64,000 bases of DNA, taken from NCBI GenBank assembly GCA_964016885.1, contig OZ024741.1, forward strand, positions 407,650,001 to 407,714,000, read 5' to 3'. Made by a program: the position numbers and the translations under genes. The notes under the pieces were generated by a model. That model ran no database searches and was not told the origin of the DNA. It saw only the letters and a list, made by a program, of their open reading frames with translations. The DNA is from Eledone cirrhosa. Lineage: Eukaryota. Below are positions 40,601 through 54,700 of the stretch, piece after piece. Position 1 is the stretch's first letter. Every line of letters starts with the position of its first letter.

Positions 40601-42720
40601 GGTAATGTTGGTATTGGTGGTGTAGGTGGTAGTGTTTGTACATGTGCTGTTGGTGGTAGTGTTGGCACTGGTGGTGTTGGTGGTAGTGTTGGTACTGGTA
40701 CTGGTGGTGTTGGTGGTAGTGTTGGCACTGGTACTGGTGTTGTCGGTGGTAGTGTTGGTACTGGTGGTGTTGGTGGTAGTGTTGGTACTGGTGGTGTTGG
40801 TTGTAGTGTTGGTACTGGTATTGGAGGTGTTGGTGGTAGTGTTGGTACTGGTGGTGTTGGTGGTAGTGTTGGTATTGGTGGTGTTGGTGGTAGTGTTTGT
40901 ACATGTGCTGTTGGTGGTAGTGTTGGTACTGGTGGTGTTGGTGGTAGTGTTGGTACTGGTGGTGTTGGTTGTAGTGTTGGTACTGGTATTGGAGGTGTTG
41001 GTGGTAGTGTTGGTACTGGTGGTGTTGGTGGTAGTGTTGGTATTGGTGGTGTTGGTGGTAGTGTTTGTACATGTGCTGTTGGTGGTAGTGTTGGTACTGG
41101 TGGTGTTGGTGGTAGTGTTGGTACTGGTACTGGTGTTGTCGGTGGTAGTGTTGTTACTGGTGGTGTTGGTGGTAGTGTTGTTACTGGTGGTGTTGGTGGT
41201 AGTGTTGGTACTGGTGCTGTTGGTGGTAGTGTTGGTACTGGTGGTGTTGGTGGTAGTGTTGTTACTGGTGGTGTTGGTGGTAGTGTTGGTACTGGTGGTG
41301 TTGGTGGTAGTGTTGTTACTGGTGGTGTTGGTGGTAGTGTTGGTACTGGTGCTGTTGGTGGTAGTGTTGGTACTGGTGCTGTTGGTGGTAGTGTTGGTAC
41401 TGGTGGTGTTGGTTGTAGTGTTGGTACTGGTGCTGTTGGTGGTAGTGGTGGTATTGGTGGTGTTGGTGGTAGTGTTGGTATAGGTGGTGTTGGTGGTAGT
41501 GTTGGTACTGGTGGTGTTGGTGGTAGTGTTGGTATCGGTGGTGTTGGTGGTAGTGTTGGTACTGGTGGTGTTGGTGGTAGTGTTGGTACTGTTACTGGTG
41601 GTGTTGGTGGTAGTGTTGGTATTGGTGGTGTTGGTGGTAGTGGTGGTACTGGAGGTGTTGGTGGTAGTGATGGTACTGGTGGTGTTGGTGGTAATGTTGG
41701 TATTGGTGGTGTTGGTGGTAGTGTTGGTACAAGTGCTGTTGGTGGTTGTGTTGGTATTGATGGTGTTGGTGGTAGTGTTGCTACTGGTGCTGTTGGTGGT
41801 AGTGTTGGTACTGGTACTGGTGGTGTTGGTGGTAGTGTTGTTATTGGTGGTGTTGGTGGTAGTGTTGGTACTGGTGGTGTTGGTGGTAGTGTTGGTACTG
41901 GTGGTGTTGGTGGTAGTGTTGGTACTGGTGGTGTTGGTGATAGTGTCGGTATTGGTGGTGTTGGTGGTACTGTTGGTACTGGTGGTGTTGGTGGTAGTGT
42001 TGTCATTGGTGGTGTTGGTGGTGGTGTTGCTACTGGTGGTGTTGGTGGTAATGTTGGTATTGGTGGTGTAGGTGGTAGTTTTGTTACTGGTGGTGTTGGT
42101 GGTAGTGTTGGTACAAGTGCTGTTGGTGGTTGTGTTGGTATTGATGGTGTAGGTGGTAGTTTTGTTACTGGTGGTGTTGGTGGTGGTGTTGTTACTGGTA
42201 CTGGTGGTGGTAGTGTTGGTACTGGTGGTGTTGGTGGTGGTGTTGTTACTGGTACTGGTAGTGTTGGTGGTAGTGTTGGTACTGGTATTGGAGGTGTTGG
42301 TGGTAGTGTTGGTACTGGTGGTGTTGGTGGTAGTGTTGGTACTGGTGGTGTTGGTGGTAGTGTTGGTACTGGTGGTGTTGGTGGTAGTGTTAGTACTGGT
42401 ACTGGTGGTGTTGGTGATAGTGTTGGTATTGGTGGTGTTGGTGGTAGTGTTGGTACAGGTGGTGTTGGTGGAAGTGTTGGTACTGGTGGTGTTGGTGGTA
42501 GTGTTGGTATTGGTGGTGTTGGTGGTAGTGTTGGTACTGGTGGTGTTGATGGTAGTGTTGGTACTGGTGGTGTTGGTGGTAGTGTTGGAATTGGTGGTGT
42601 AGGTGGTAGTGTTGTTACTGGTGGTGTTGGTGGTAGTGTTGGTACTGGTGGTGTTGGTGGTGGTGTTGTTACTGGTACTGGTAGTGTTGGTGGTAGTGTT
42701 GGTACTGGTATTGGAGGTGT
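34700..42720. repeat. Triplicated ~2.6-2.8-kb block (offsets 2756 and 2622; second part offset 2844)
   Basis: The marker TGTACATGTGCT occurs in triplets at 35259/35520/35688, 38015/38276/38444 and 40637/40898/41066. ORF starts 35248/38004/40626, 38862/41484 and 39309/42153. Confidence 0.9.
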
Positions 42721-44879
42721 TGGTGGTAGTGTTGGTACTGGTGGTGTTGGTGGTAATGTTGGTACTGGTGGTGTTGGTGTCAGTGTTGGTACTGGTGGTG
42801 TTGGTGGAAGTGTTGGTGCTGGTGGTGTTGGTGGTAGTGTTGGTACTGCTCGTGTTGGTGTTAGTGTTGGTACTGCTGGTGTTGGTGGAAGTGTTGGTAC
42901 TGGTGGTGTTGGTGGTAGTGTTGGTATTGGTGGTGTTGGTGGTAGTGTTGGTACTGGTGGTGTTGGTGGTAGTCTTCGTACTGGTGGTGTTGGTGGTAGT
43001 CTTCGTACTGGTACTGGTGGTGTTGGTGGTAGTGTTGATACTGGTGGTGTTGGTGTTAGTGTTGGTACTGGTGGTGTTGGTGGTAGTGTTGGTATTGGTG
43101 GTGTTGGTGGTAGTGTTGGTACTGGTGGTGTTGGTGGTAGTGTTGGTACTGGTGGTGTTGGTGGTAGTGTTGGTACTGGTGGTGTTGGTGGTAGTGTTGG
43201 CACTGGTGGTGTTGGTGGTAGTGTTGGTACTGGTGGTGTTGGTGGTAGTGTTGGCACTGGTGGTGTTGGTGGTAGTGTTGGTATTGGTGGTGTTGGTGGT
43301 ATTGTTGGTACTGATGGTGTTGGTGATAGTTTTGGTACTGGTACTGGTGGTGTTGGTGGTAGTGTTGTTACTGGTGGTGTTGGTGGTACTGTTGGTACTG
43401 GTACTGGTGGTGTTGGTGGTAGTGTTGGTATTGGTGGTGTTGGTGGTAGTGTTGGTACTGGTGGTGTTGGTGGTTGTGTTGGTACTGGTGGTGTTGGTGG
43501 TAGTGTTGTTAATGGTGGTATTGGTGGTAGTGTTGGTACTGGTGGTGTTGGTGGTAATGTTGGTATTGGTGGTGTAGGTGGTAGTGTCGTTACTGGTGGT
43601 GTTGGTGGTAGTGTTTTTGCTGGTGGTGTTGGTGGTAGTGTTGTTACTGGTACTGGTGGTGTTGGTGGTAGTGTTGGTACTGGTGGTGTTGGTGGTAGTG
43701 TTGGCACTGGTGGTGTTGGTGGTAGTGTTGGTACTGGTGGTGTTGGTGGTAGTGTTGGTACTGGTGGTGTTGGTGGTAGTGTTGGTACTGGTGGTGTTGG
43801 TGGTAGTATTGGTATTGGTGTGTTGGTGGTAATGTTGGTAGTGGTGGTGTTGGTGGTAATGTTGGTACAGGTGGTGTTGGTGGTAGTGTTGGTACAGGTG
43901 GTGTTGGTGGTAGTGTTGTTACTCGTGGTGTTGGTGGTACTGTTGGTACTGGTGGTGTTGGTGGTGGTGTTGCTACTGGTGGTGTTGGTGGTAATGTTGG
44001 TATTCTTGGTGTAGGTGGTAGTGTCGTTACTGGTGGTGTTGGTGGTAGTGTTGGTGTTGGTGGTGTTGGTGGTAGTGTTGTTACTGGTACTGGTGGTGTT
44101 GGTGGTAGTGTTGGTACTGGTATTGGTCGTGTTGGTGGTAGGGTTGGTACTGGTGGTGTTGGTGGTAGTGTTGGTACTGGTGGTGTTGGTGGTAGTGTTG
44201 GTACTGGTGGTGTTGGTGGTAGTGTTGGTGCTGGTATTGGTGGTGTTGATGGTAGTGTTGGCATTGGTGGTGTTGGTGGGGGTGTTGGTACTGGTGGTGT
44301 TGGTGGTAGTGTTGGTATTGGTGGTGTAAGTGGTAGTGTTGTTACTGGTGGTGTTGGTGGTAGTGTTGGTACTGGTGGTATTGGTGGTAGTGTTGGTACT
44401 GGTGGTGTTGGTGGTAGTGTTGGTACTGGTATTGGAGGTACTGGTGGTGTTGGTGGTAATGTTGGTATTGGTGGTGTTGGTGGTACTGTTGGTACTGGTG
44501 GTGTTGGTGTTAGTGTTGGTACTGGTGGTGTTGGTGGTACTGTTGGTACTGGTGGTGTTGGTGGTAGCGTTGGTATTGGTGGTGTTTGTGGTAGTGTTGG
44601 TACTGGTGGTGCTGGTGGTAGTGTTGGTACTGGTACTGGTGGTGTTGGTGGTAGTGTTGGTGCAAGTGGTGTTGGTGGTAGTGTTGGTATTGGTGGTGCC
44701 GGCGGTAGTTTTGGTATTGGTGGTGTTTGTGGTAGTGTTGGTACTGGTAGTGTTGGTGGTACTGTTGGTACAATTTGTGTTGGTGGTAGTGTTGGTACTG
44801 GTGGTGTTGGTGGTAGTGTTGGTACAGGTGGTGTTGGTGGTACTGTTGGTACAATTTGTGTTGGTGGTAGTGTTGGTAT

Positions 44880-47800
44880 TGGTGGTGTTGGTGGTAGTGT
44901 TGGTATTGGTCGTGCCGGTGGTAGTGTTGGTATTGGTGGTGTTTGTGGTAGTGTTGGTGTTGGTGGTAGTGTTGGTACTGGTAGTGTTGGTGGTAGTATT
45001 GGTACTGTTACTGGTGGTGTTGGTGGTAGTGTTGGTACTGGTGGTGTTGGTGGAAGTGTTGGTACTGGTGGTGTTGGTGGTAGTATTGGTATTGGTGGTG
45101 TTGGTGGTAGTGTTGGTATTGGTGGTGTTGGTGGTAGTGTTGCTACTGGTGGTGTTGGTGGTAGTGTTGGTACTGGTGGTGTTGGTGGTAGTGTTGGTAC
45201 AGGTGCTGTTGGTGGTAGTGTTGGTATTGATGGTGTTGGTCGTAGTGTTGGTACTGGTGGTGTTGGTGGTAGTTTTGGTACTGGTGGTGTTGGTGGTAGT
45301 GTTGGTACTGGTACTGGTGTTGTCGGTGGTAGTGTTGGTACTGGTGGTGTTGGTGGTAGTGTTGGTACTGGTGGTGTTGGTGGTAGTGTTGGTACTGGTG
45401 GTGTTGGTGGTAGTGTTGGTACTGGTGGTGTTGGTGGTAGTGTTGGCATTGGTGGTGTTGGTGGTGGTGTTGCTACTTGCGGTGTTGGTGGTATTCTTGG
45501 TACTGGTGGTGTTGGTGGTAGTGTTGGTGCTGGTGGTGTTGGTAGTAGTGTTGTTACTGTTGGTGTTGGTGGTGGTGTTGTTACTGGTACTGGTGGTGTT
45601 GGTGGTAGTGTTGGTACTGGTATTGGTGGTGTTGGTGGTAGTGTTGGTACTGGTGGTGTTGGTGGTAGTGTTGGTACTGGTGGTGTTGGTGGTAGTGTTG
45701 GTACTGGTACTGGTGGTGTTGGTGATAGTGTTGGTATTGGTGGTGTTGGTGGTAGTGTTGGTACTGGTGGTGGTGGTGGTAGTGTTGGTACTGGTGGTGT
45801 TGGTGGTAGTGTTGGTACTGGTGGTGTTGGTGGTAGTGTTGGTACTGGTGGTGTTGGTGGTAGTGTTAGTACTGGTACTGGTGGTGTTGGTGATAATGTA
45901 GGTATTGGTGGTGTTGGTGGTAGTGTTGGTACTGGTGGTGTTGGTGGTAGTGTTGGTACTGGTGGTGGTGGTGGTAGTGTTGGTACTGGTGGTGTTGGTG
46001 GTAGTGTTGGTACTAGTGGTGTTGGTGGCAGTGTTGGTACTGGTGGTGTTGGTGGTGGTGTTGTTACTGGTACTGGTGGTGTTGGTGGTAGTGTTGGTAC
46101 TGGTATTGGAGGTACTGGTGGTGTTGGTGGTACTGTTGGTACTGGTGGTGTTTGTGGTAGTGTTGTTATTGGTGGTGTTTGTGGTAGTGTTGGTACTGGT
46201 GGTGTTGGTGGTAGTGTTGGTACTGGTAGTGTTGGTGGTAGTATCGGTACTGTTACTGGTGGTAGTGTTGGTATTGGTGGTGTTGGTGGTAGTGTTGGTA
46301 CTGGTGGTGTTGGTGGAAGTGTTGGTACTGGTGGTGTTGGTGGTAGTGTTGGTATTGGTGGTGTTGGTGGTAGTGTTGGTATTGGTGGTGTTGGTGGTAG
46401 TGTTGGTACTGGTGGTGTTGGTGGTAGTGGTGGTATTGGTGGTGTTGGTGGTAGTGTTGCTATAGGTGGTGTTGGTGGTAGTGTTGGTACTGGTGGTGTT
46501 GGTGGTAATGTTGGTATTGGTGGTGTTGGTGGTAGTGTTGGTACTGGTGGTGTTGGTGGTAGTGTTGGTACTGGTACTGGTGGTGTTGGTGGTAGTGTTG
46601 GTACTGGTGGTGTTGGTGGTAGTGTTGGTACTGGTGGTGTTGGTGGTAGTGTTGGCATTGGTGGTGTTGGTGGTGGTGTTGGTTGAAGTGTTGGCACTGG
46701 TGGTGTTGGTGGTAGTGTTGGTACTGGTAGTGTTGGTGGTAGTGTTGGTACTGGTGGTGTTGGTGGTAGTGTTGGTACTGGTGGTGTTGGTGGTAGTGTT
46801 GGTACTGGAATTGTTGGTGTTGGTGGTAGTGTGGGTACTGGTGGTGTTGGTGGTAGTGTGGTACTGGTGGTGTTGGTGGTAGTGTTGGTACTGGTGGTGT
46901 TGGTGGTAGTGTTGGTACTGGTGGTGTTGGTGGTAGTGTTGGTACAGGTGGTGTTGGTGGTAGTGTTGTTACAGGTGGTGTTGGTGGTAGTGTTGGTACA
47001 GGTGGTGTTGGTTGTAGTGTTGGTATTGGTAGTGTTGGTGGTAGTGTTGGTACTGGTGGTGTTGGTGGTAGTGTTGGTATTGGTAGTGTTGGTGGTAGTG
47101 TTGGTACTGGTACAGGTGGTGTTGGTGGTAGTGTTGGTATTGGTAGTGTTGGTGGTAGTGTTGGTACTGGTACTGGTGGTGTTGGTGGTAGTGGTGGTGT
47201 TGGTGGTAGTGTTGGTACAGGTGGTGTTGGTGGTAGTGTTGGTATTGGTAGTGTTGGTGGTAGTGTTGGTATTGGTGGTGTTGGTGGTAGTGTTGGTACT
47301 GGTGGTGTTGGTGGTAGTGTTGGTACTGGTAGTGTTGGTGGTAGTATCGGTACTGTTACTGGTGGTAGTGTTGGTATTGGTGGTGTTGGTGGTAGTGTTG
47401 GTACTGGTGGTGTTGGTGGAAGTGTTGGTACTGGTGGTGTTGGTGGTAGTGTTGGTATTGGTGGTGTTGGTGGTAGTGTTGGTATTGGTGGTGTTGGTGG
47501 TAGTGTTGGTACTGGTGGTGTTGGTGGTAGTGTTGGTACTGGTACTGGTGGTGTTGGTGGTAGTGTTGGTACTGGTGGTGTTGGTGGTAGTGTTGGTACT
47601 GGTGGTGTTGGTGGTAGTGTTGGCATTGGTGGTGTTGGTGGTAGTGTTGGTACTGGGGTGTTGGTGGAAGTGTTGGTACTAGTGGTGTTGGTGGTAGTGT
47701 TGCTATTGGTGGTGTTGGTGGTAGTGTTGGTACTGGTGGTGTTGGTGGTAGTGTTGGTATTGGTGGTGTTGGTGGTACTGTTGGTACTGGTGGTGTTGGT

Positions 47801-50800
47801 GGTAGTGTTGGTACTGGTGGTGTTGGTGGTAGTGCTGGTACTGGTGGTGTTGGTGGTGGTGTTGGTAGTAGTGTTGGTACTGGTTGTGTTGGTGTTGGTG
47901 GTAGTGTTGGTACTGGTGGTGTTGGTGGTAGTGTTGGTACTGGTGGTGTTGGTTGAAGTGTTGGCACTGGTGGTGTTGGTGGTAGTGTTGGTACTGGTAG
48001 TGTTGGTGGTAGTGTTGGTACTGGTGGTGTTGGTGGTAGTGTTGGTACTGGTGGTGTTGGTGGTAGTGTTGGTACTGGAATTGTTGGTGTTGGTGGTAGT
48101 GTTGGTACTGGTGGTGTTGGTGGTAGTATGGTACTGGTGGTGTTGGTGGTAGTGTTGGTACTGGTGGTGTTGGTGGTAGTGTTGGTACTGGTGGTGTTGG
48201 TGGTAGTGTTGGCACAGGTGGTGTTGGTGGTAGTGTTGTTACAGGTGGTGTTTGTGGTAGTGTTGGTACAGGTGGTGTTGGTGGTAGTGTTGGTATTGGT
48301 AGTGTTGGTGGTAGTGTTGGTACTGGTGGTGTTGGTGGTAGTGTTGGTACTGGTGGTGTTGGTGGTAGTGTTGGTACAGGTGGTGTTGGTGGTAGTGTTG
48401 GTATTGGTGGTGTTGGTGGTAGTGTTGGTATTGGTCGTGCCGGTGGTAGTGTTGGTATTGGTGGTGTTTGTGGTAGTGTTGTTGTTGGTGGTAGTGTTGG
48501 TACTGGTAGTGTTGGTGGTAGTATTGGTACTGTTACTGGTGGTGTTGGTGGTAGTGTTGGTACTGGTGGTGTTGGTGGAAGTGTTGGTACTGGTGGTGTT
48601 GGTGGTAGTATTGGTATTGGTGGTGTTGGTGGTAGTGTTGGTATTGGTGGTGTTGGTGGTAGTGTTGCTACTGGTGGTGTTGGTGGTAGTGTTGGTACTG
48701 GTGGTGTTGGTGGTAGTGTTGGTACAGGTGCTGTTGGTGGTAGTGTTGGTATTGATGGTGTTGGTCGTAGTGTTGGTACTGGTGGTGTTGGTGGTAGTGT
48801 TGGTACTGGTACTGGTGTTGTCGGTGGTAGTGTTGGTACTGGTGGTGTTGGTGGTAGTGTTGGTACTGGTGGTGTTGGTGGTAGTGTTGGTACTGGTGGT
48901 GTTGGTGGTAGTGTTGGTACTGGTGGTGTTGGTGGTAGTGTTGGCATTGGTGGTGTTGGTGGTGGTGTTGCTACTTGCGGTGTTGGTGGTATTCTTGGTA
49001 CTGGTGGTGTTGGTGGTAGTGTTGGTGCTGGTGGTGTTGGTAGTAGTGTTGTTACTGTTGGTGTTGGTGGTGGTGTTGTTACTGGTACTGGTGGTGTTGG
49101 TGGTAGTGTTGGTACTGGTATTGGTGGTGTTGGTGGTAGTGTTGGTACTGGTGGTGTTGGTGGTAGTGTTGGTACTGGTGGTGTTGGTGGTAGTGTTGGT
49201 ACTGGTGGTGTTGGTGGTAGTGTTAGTACTGGTACTGGTGGTGTTGGTGATAGTGTTGGTATTGGTGGTGTTGGTGGTACTGTTGGTACTGGTGGTGTTG
49301 GTGGTAGTGTTGGTACTGGTGGTGTTGTTGGAAGTGTTGGTACTGGTGGTGTTGGTGGTAGTGTTGGTAATGGTGGTGTTGGTGGTAGTGTTGGTACTGG
49401 TGGTGGTGGTGGTAGTGTTGGTACTGGTGGTGTTGGTGGTAGTGTTGGTACTGGTGGTGTTGGTGGTAGTGTTGGCATTGGTGGTGTTGGTGGTGGTTTT
49501 GCTACTGGTGGTGTTGGTGGTAGTGTTGGTGCTGGTGGTGTTGGTGGTAGTGTTGTTACCGGTGGTGTTGGTGGTGGTGTTGTTACTGGTACTGGTGGTG
49601 TTGGTGATAGTGTTGGTATTGGTGGTACTGTTGGTACTGGTGGTGTTGGTGGTAGTGTTGTTACTGGTGGTGTTGGTGGAAGTGTTGGTACTGGTGGTGT
49701 TGGTGGTAGTGTTGGTATTGGTGGTGTTGGTGGTAGTGTTGGTACTGGTGGTGTTGGTGGTAGTGTTGGTGCTAGTATTGGTGTTGTTGATGGTAGTGTT
49801 GGCATTGGTGGTGTTGGTGGTGGTGTTGGTACTGCTGCTGTTGGTGGTAGTGTTGATATTGGTGGTGTAGGTGGTAGTGTTGTTACTGGTATTGGAGGTA
49901 CTGGTGGTGTTGGTGTTAGTGTTGGTACTGGTGGTGTTGGTGGAAGTGTTGGTACTAGTGGTGTTGGTGGTAGTGTTGCTATTGGTGGTGTTGGTGGTAG
50001 TGTTGGTACTGGTGGTGTTGTTAGTAGTGTTAGTACTGGTACTGGTGGTGTTGGTGGTAGTGTTGGTATTGGTGGTGTTGGTGGTACTGTTGGTACTGGT
50101 GGTGTTGGTGGTAGTGTTGGTACTGGTGGTGTTGGTGGTAGTGTTGGTACTGGTGGTGTTGGTTGTAGTCTTGGCACTGGTGGTGTTGGTGGTAGAGTTG
50201 GTACTGGTGGTGTTGGTGGTAGTGTTGGTACTGGTGGTGTTGGTGGGGGTGTTGGTAGTAGTGTTGGTACTGGTTGTGTTGGTGTTGGTGGTAGTGTTGG
50301 TACTGGTGGTGTTGGTGGTAGTGTTGGTACTGGTGGTGTTGGTTGAAGTGTTGGCACTGGTGGTGTTGGTGGTAGTGTTGGTACTGGTAGTGTTGGTGGT
50401 AGTGTTGGTACTGGTGGTGTTGGTGGTAGTGTTGGTACTGGTGGTGTTGGTGGTAGTGTTGGTACAGGTGGTGTTGGTGGTAGTGTTGTTACAGGTGGTG
50501 TTGGTGGTAGTGTTGGTACAGGTGGTGTTGGTGGTAGTGTTGGTATTGGTAGTGATGGTGGTAGTGTTGGTACTGGTGGTGTTGGTGGTAGTGTTGGTAT
50601 TGGTAGTGTTGGTGGTAGTGTTGGTACTGGTACAGGTGGTGTTGGTGGTAGTGTTGGTATTGGTAGTGTTGGTGGTAGTGTTGGTACTGGTACTGGTGGT
50701 GTTGGTGGTAGTGGTGGTGTTGGTGGTAGTGTTGGTACAGGTGGTGTTGGTGGTAGTGTTGGTATTGGTAGTGTTGGTGGTAGTGTTGGTATTGGTGGTG

Positions 50801-51700
50801 TTGGTGGTAGTGTTGGTACTGGTGGTGTTGGTGGTAGTGTTGGTACTGGTAGTGTTGGTGGTAGTATCGGTACTGTTACTGGTGGTAGTGTTGGTATTGG
50901 TGGTGTTGGTGGTAGTGTTGGTACTGGTGGTGTTGGTGGAAGTGTTGGTACTGGTGGTGTTGGTGGTAGTGTTGGTATTGGTGGTGTCGGTGGTAGTGTT
51001 GGTATTGGTGGTGTTGGTGGTAGTGTTGGTACTGGTGGTGTTGGTGGTAGTGTTGGTACTGGTACTGGTGGTGTTGGTGGTAGTGTTGGTACTGGTGGTG
51101 TTGGTGGTAGTGTTGGTACTGGTGGTGTTGGTGGTAGTGTTGGCATTGGTGGTGTTGGTGGTAGTGTTGGTACTGGGGTGTTGGTGGAAGTGTTGGTACT
51201 AGTGGTGTTGGTGGTAGTGTTGCTATTGGTGGTGTTGGTGGTAGTGTTGGTACTGGTGGTGTTGTTAGTAGTGTTAGTACTGGTACTGGTGGTGTTGGTG
51301 GTAGTGTTGGTATTGGTGGTGTTGGTGGTACTGTTGGTACTGGTGGTGTTGGTGGTAGTGTTGGTACTGGTGGTGTTGGTGGTAGTGCTGGTACTGGTGG
51401 TGTTGGTGGTAGTGTTGGTACTGGTGGTGTTGGTGGTAGTGTTGGTACTGGTGGTGTTGGTGGTGGTGTTGGTAGTAGTGTTGGTACTGGTTGTGTTGGT
51501 GTTGGTGGTAGTGTTGGTACTGGTGGTGTTGGTGGTAGTGTTGGTACTGGTGGTGTTGGTTGAAGTGTTGGCACTGGTGGTGTTGGTGGTAGTGTTGGTA
51601 CTGGTAGTGTTGGTGGTAGTGTTTCTACTGGTACTGGTGGTGTTGGTGGTAGTGTTGGTACTGGTGGTGTTGGTGGTAGTGTGGTACTGGTGGTGTTGGT
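44880..51700. repeat. ~3.5-kb-offset duplications
   Basis: CGTGCCGGT at 44911/48436, GCTACTTGCGGT at 45472/48970, and frameshift ACTGGGGTGTT with ORF starts 47658/51178 (3520). Confidence 0.8.
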
Positions 51701-54700
51701 GGTAGTGTTGGTACTGGTGGTGTTGGTGGTAGTGTTGGTACTGGTGGTGTTGGTGGTAGTGTTGGTACAGGTGGTGTTGGTGGTAGTGTTGTTACAGGTG
51801 GTGTTGGTGGTAGTGTTGGTACAGGTGGTGTTGGTGGTAGTGTTGGTATTGGTAGTTTGGTGGTAGTGTTGGTACTGGTACTGGTGGTGTTGGTGGTAGT
51901 GTTGGTATTGGTAGTGTTGGTGGTAGTGTTGGTACTGGTGGTGTTGGTGGTAGTGTTGGTACTGGTGGTGGTGGTGGTAGTGTTGGTATTGGTGGTGTTG
52001 GTGGTGGTGTTGTTACTGGTACTGGTGGTGGTGGTGGTAGTGTTGGTATTGGTAGTGTTGGTGGTAGTGTTGGTACTGGTACTGGTGGTGTTGGTGGTAC
52101 TGTTGGTACTGGTGGTGTTGGTGGTAGTGTTGGTACTGGTGGTGTTGGTGGTGGTGTTGCTACTGGTGGTGTTGGTGGTAATGTTGGTACTGGTGGTGTT
52201 GGTGGTAGTGTTGGTACTGGTGGTGTTGGTGGTAGTGTTGGTACTGGTGGTGTTGGTGATAGTGTTGGTATTGGTGGTGTTGGTGGTACTGTTGGTACTG
52301 GTGGTGTTGGTGGTAGTGTTGGTACTGGTGGTGTTGGTGGTAATGTTGGTATTGGTGGTGTAGGTGGTAGTGTTGTTACTGGTGGTGTTGGTGGTAGTGT
52401 TGGTGCTGGTGCTGTTGGTGGTAGTGTTGTTACTGTTGGTGTTGGTGGTGGTGTTGTTACTGGTACTGGTGGTGTTGGTGGTAGTGTTGGTACTGGTATT
52501 GGTGGTGTTGGTGGTGGTGTTGGTACTGGTGGTGTTGGTGGTAGTGTTGGTACTGGTGGTGTTGGTGGTAGTGTTGGTACTGGTGGTGTTGGTGGTAGTG
52601 TTAGTACTGGTACTGGTGCTGTTGGTGATAGTGTTAGTATTGGTGGTGTTGGTGGTACTGTTGGTACTGGTGGTGTTGGTGGTAGTGTTGGTACTGGTGG
52701 TGTTGATGGAAGTGTTGGTACTGGTGGTGTTGGTGGTAGTGTTGGTATTGGTGGTGTTGGTGGTAGTGTTGGTACTGGTGGTGTTGGTGGTAGTGTTGGT
52801 GCTGGTATTTGTGGTGTTGATGGTAGTGTTGGCATTGGTGGTGTTGGTGGTGGTGTTGGTACTGGTGGTGTTGGTGGTAGTGTTGGTATTGGTGGTGTAG
52901 GTGGTAGTGTTGTTACTGGTGGTGTTGGTGGTAGTGTTGGTACTGGTGGTGTTGGTGGTGGTGTTGTTACTGGTACTGTTGGTGTTGGTGGTAGTGTTGG
53001 TACTGGTATTGGAGGTACTGGTGGTGTTGGTGGTAATGTTGGTACTGGTGGTGTTGGTGTTAGTGTTGGTACTGGTGGTGTTGGTGGTACTGTTGGTACT
53101 GGTGGTGTTGGTGGTAGTGTTGGTATTGGTGTGGTTTGTGGTAGTGTTGGTACTGGTGGTGTTGGTGGTAGTGTTGGTACTGGTAGTGTTGGTGGTAGTA
53201 TCGGTACTGTTACTGGTGGTAGTGTTTGTATTGGTGGTGTTGGTGGTCGTGTTGGTACTGGTGGTGTTGGTGGTAATGTTGGTACTGGTGGTGTTGGTGG
53301 TAGTGTTGGTATTGGTGGTGTTGGTTGTAGTGTTGGTACTGGTGGTGTTGGTGGAAGTGTTGGTACTGGTGGTGTTGGTGGTAGTGTTGGTATTGGTGGT
53401 GTTGGTTGTAGTGTTGGTACTGGTGGTGTTGGTGGTAGTGTTTGTACTGGTGGTGTTGGTGGTAGTGTTGGTATTGGTGTGGTTTGTGGTAGTGTTGGTA
53501 CTGGTGGTGTTGGTAGTAGTGTTGGTACTGGTAGTGTTGGTGGTAGTATCGGTACTGTTACTGGTGGTAGTGTTTGTATTGGTGGTGTTGGTGGTCGTGT
53601 TGGTACTGGTGGTGTTGGTGGAAGTGTTGGTACTGGTGGTGTTGGTGGTAGTGGTGGTATTGGTGGTGTTGGTGGTCGTGTTGGTACTGGTGGTGTTGGT
53701 GGAAGTGTTGGTACTGGTGGTGTTGGTGGTAGTATTGGTATTGGTGGTGTTGGTTGTAGTGTTGGTACTGGTGGTGTTGGTGGTAGTGGTGGTATTGGTG
53801 GTGTTGGTGGTAGTGTTGGTATAGGTGGTGTTGGTGGTAGTGTTGGTACTGGTGGTGTTGGTGGTAGAGTTGGTAATGTTACTGGTGGTGTTGGAGGTAG
53901 TGTTGTTATTGGTGGTGTTGGTGGTAGTGTTAGTACTGGTGGTGTTGGTGGTAATGTTGGTATTGGTGGTGTTGGTGGTAGTGTTGGTACAGGTGCTGTT
54001 GGTGGTAGTGTTGGTATTGGTGGTGTTGGTGGTAGTGTTGGTACTGGTGGTGTTGGTGGTAGTGTTGGTACTGGTACTGGTGGTGTTGGTGGTAGTTTTG
54101 GTACTGGTGGTGTTGGTGGTAGTGTTGGTACTAGTGGTGTTGGTGGTAGTGTTGGTACTGGTGGTGTTGGTGGTAGTGTTGGTACTGGTGGTGTTGGTGA
54201 TAGTGTTGGTATTGGTGGTGTTGGTGGTACTGTTGGTACTGGTGGTGTTGGTGGTAGTGTTGGCATTGGTGGTGTTGGTGGTGGTGTTGGTGGTAATGTT
54301 GGTATTGGTGGTGTAGGTGGTAGTGTTGTTACTGGTGGTATTGGTGGTAGTGTTGGTGCTGGTGGTGTTGGTGGTAGTGTTGTTACCGGTGGTGTTGGTG
54401 GTGGTGTTGTTACTGGTACTGGTGGTGTTGGTGATAGTGTTGGTATTGGTGGTACTGTTGGTACTGGTGGTGTTGGTGGTAGTGTTGTTACTGGTGGTGT
54501 TGGTGGAAGTGTTGGTACTGGTGGTGTTGGTGGTAGTGTTGGTATTGGTGGTGTTGGTGGTAGTGTTGGTACTGGTGGTGTTGGTGGTAGTGTTGGTGCT
54601 AGTATTGGTGGTGTTGATGGTAGTGTTGGCATTGGTGGTGTTGGTGGTGGTGTTGGTACTGCTGGTGTTGGTGGTAGTGTTGATATTGGTGGTGTAGGTG

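Noticed and set aside
4303-44014. Giant Gly-rich ORFs (4303-12480, 36497-44014) resembling silk, elastin or PE-PGRS proteins
   Set aside because: The NNT triplet structure almost precludes stops, there is no non-repetitive terminal domain, and the ORFs drift between frames at indels.
11846-44854. His/Gln/Tyr-rich - strand ORFs resembling histidine-rich proteins
   Set aside because: They are the third - frame of the same repeat, frequently terminated and without independent support.
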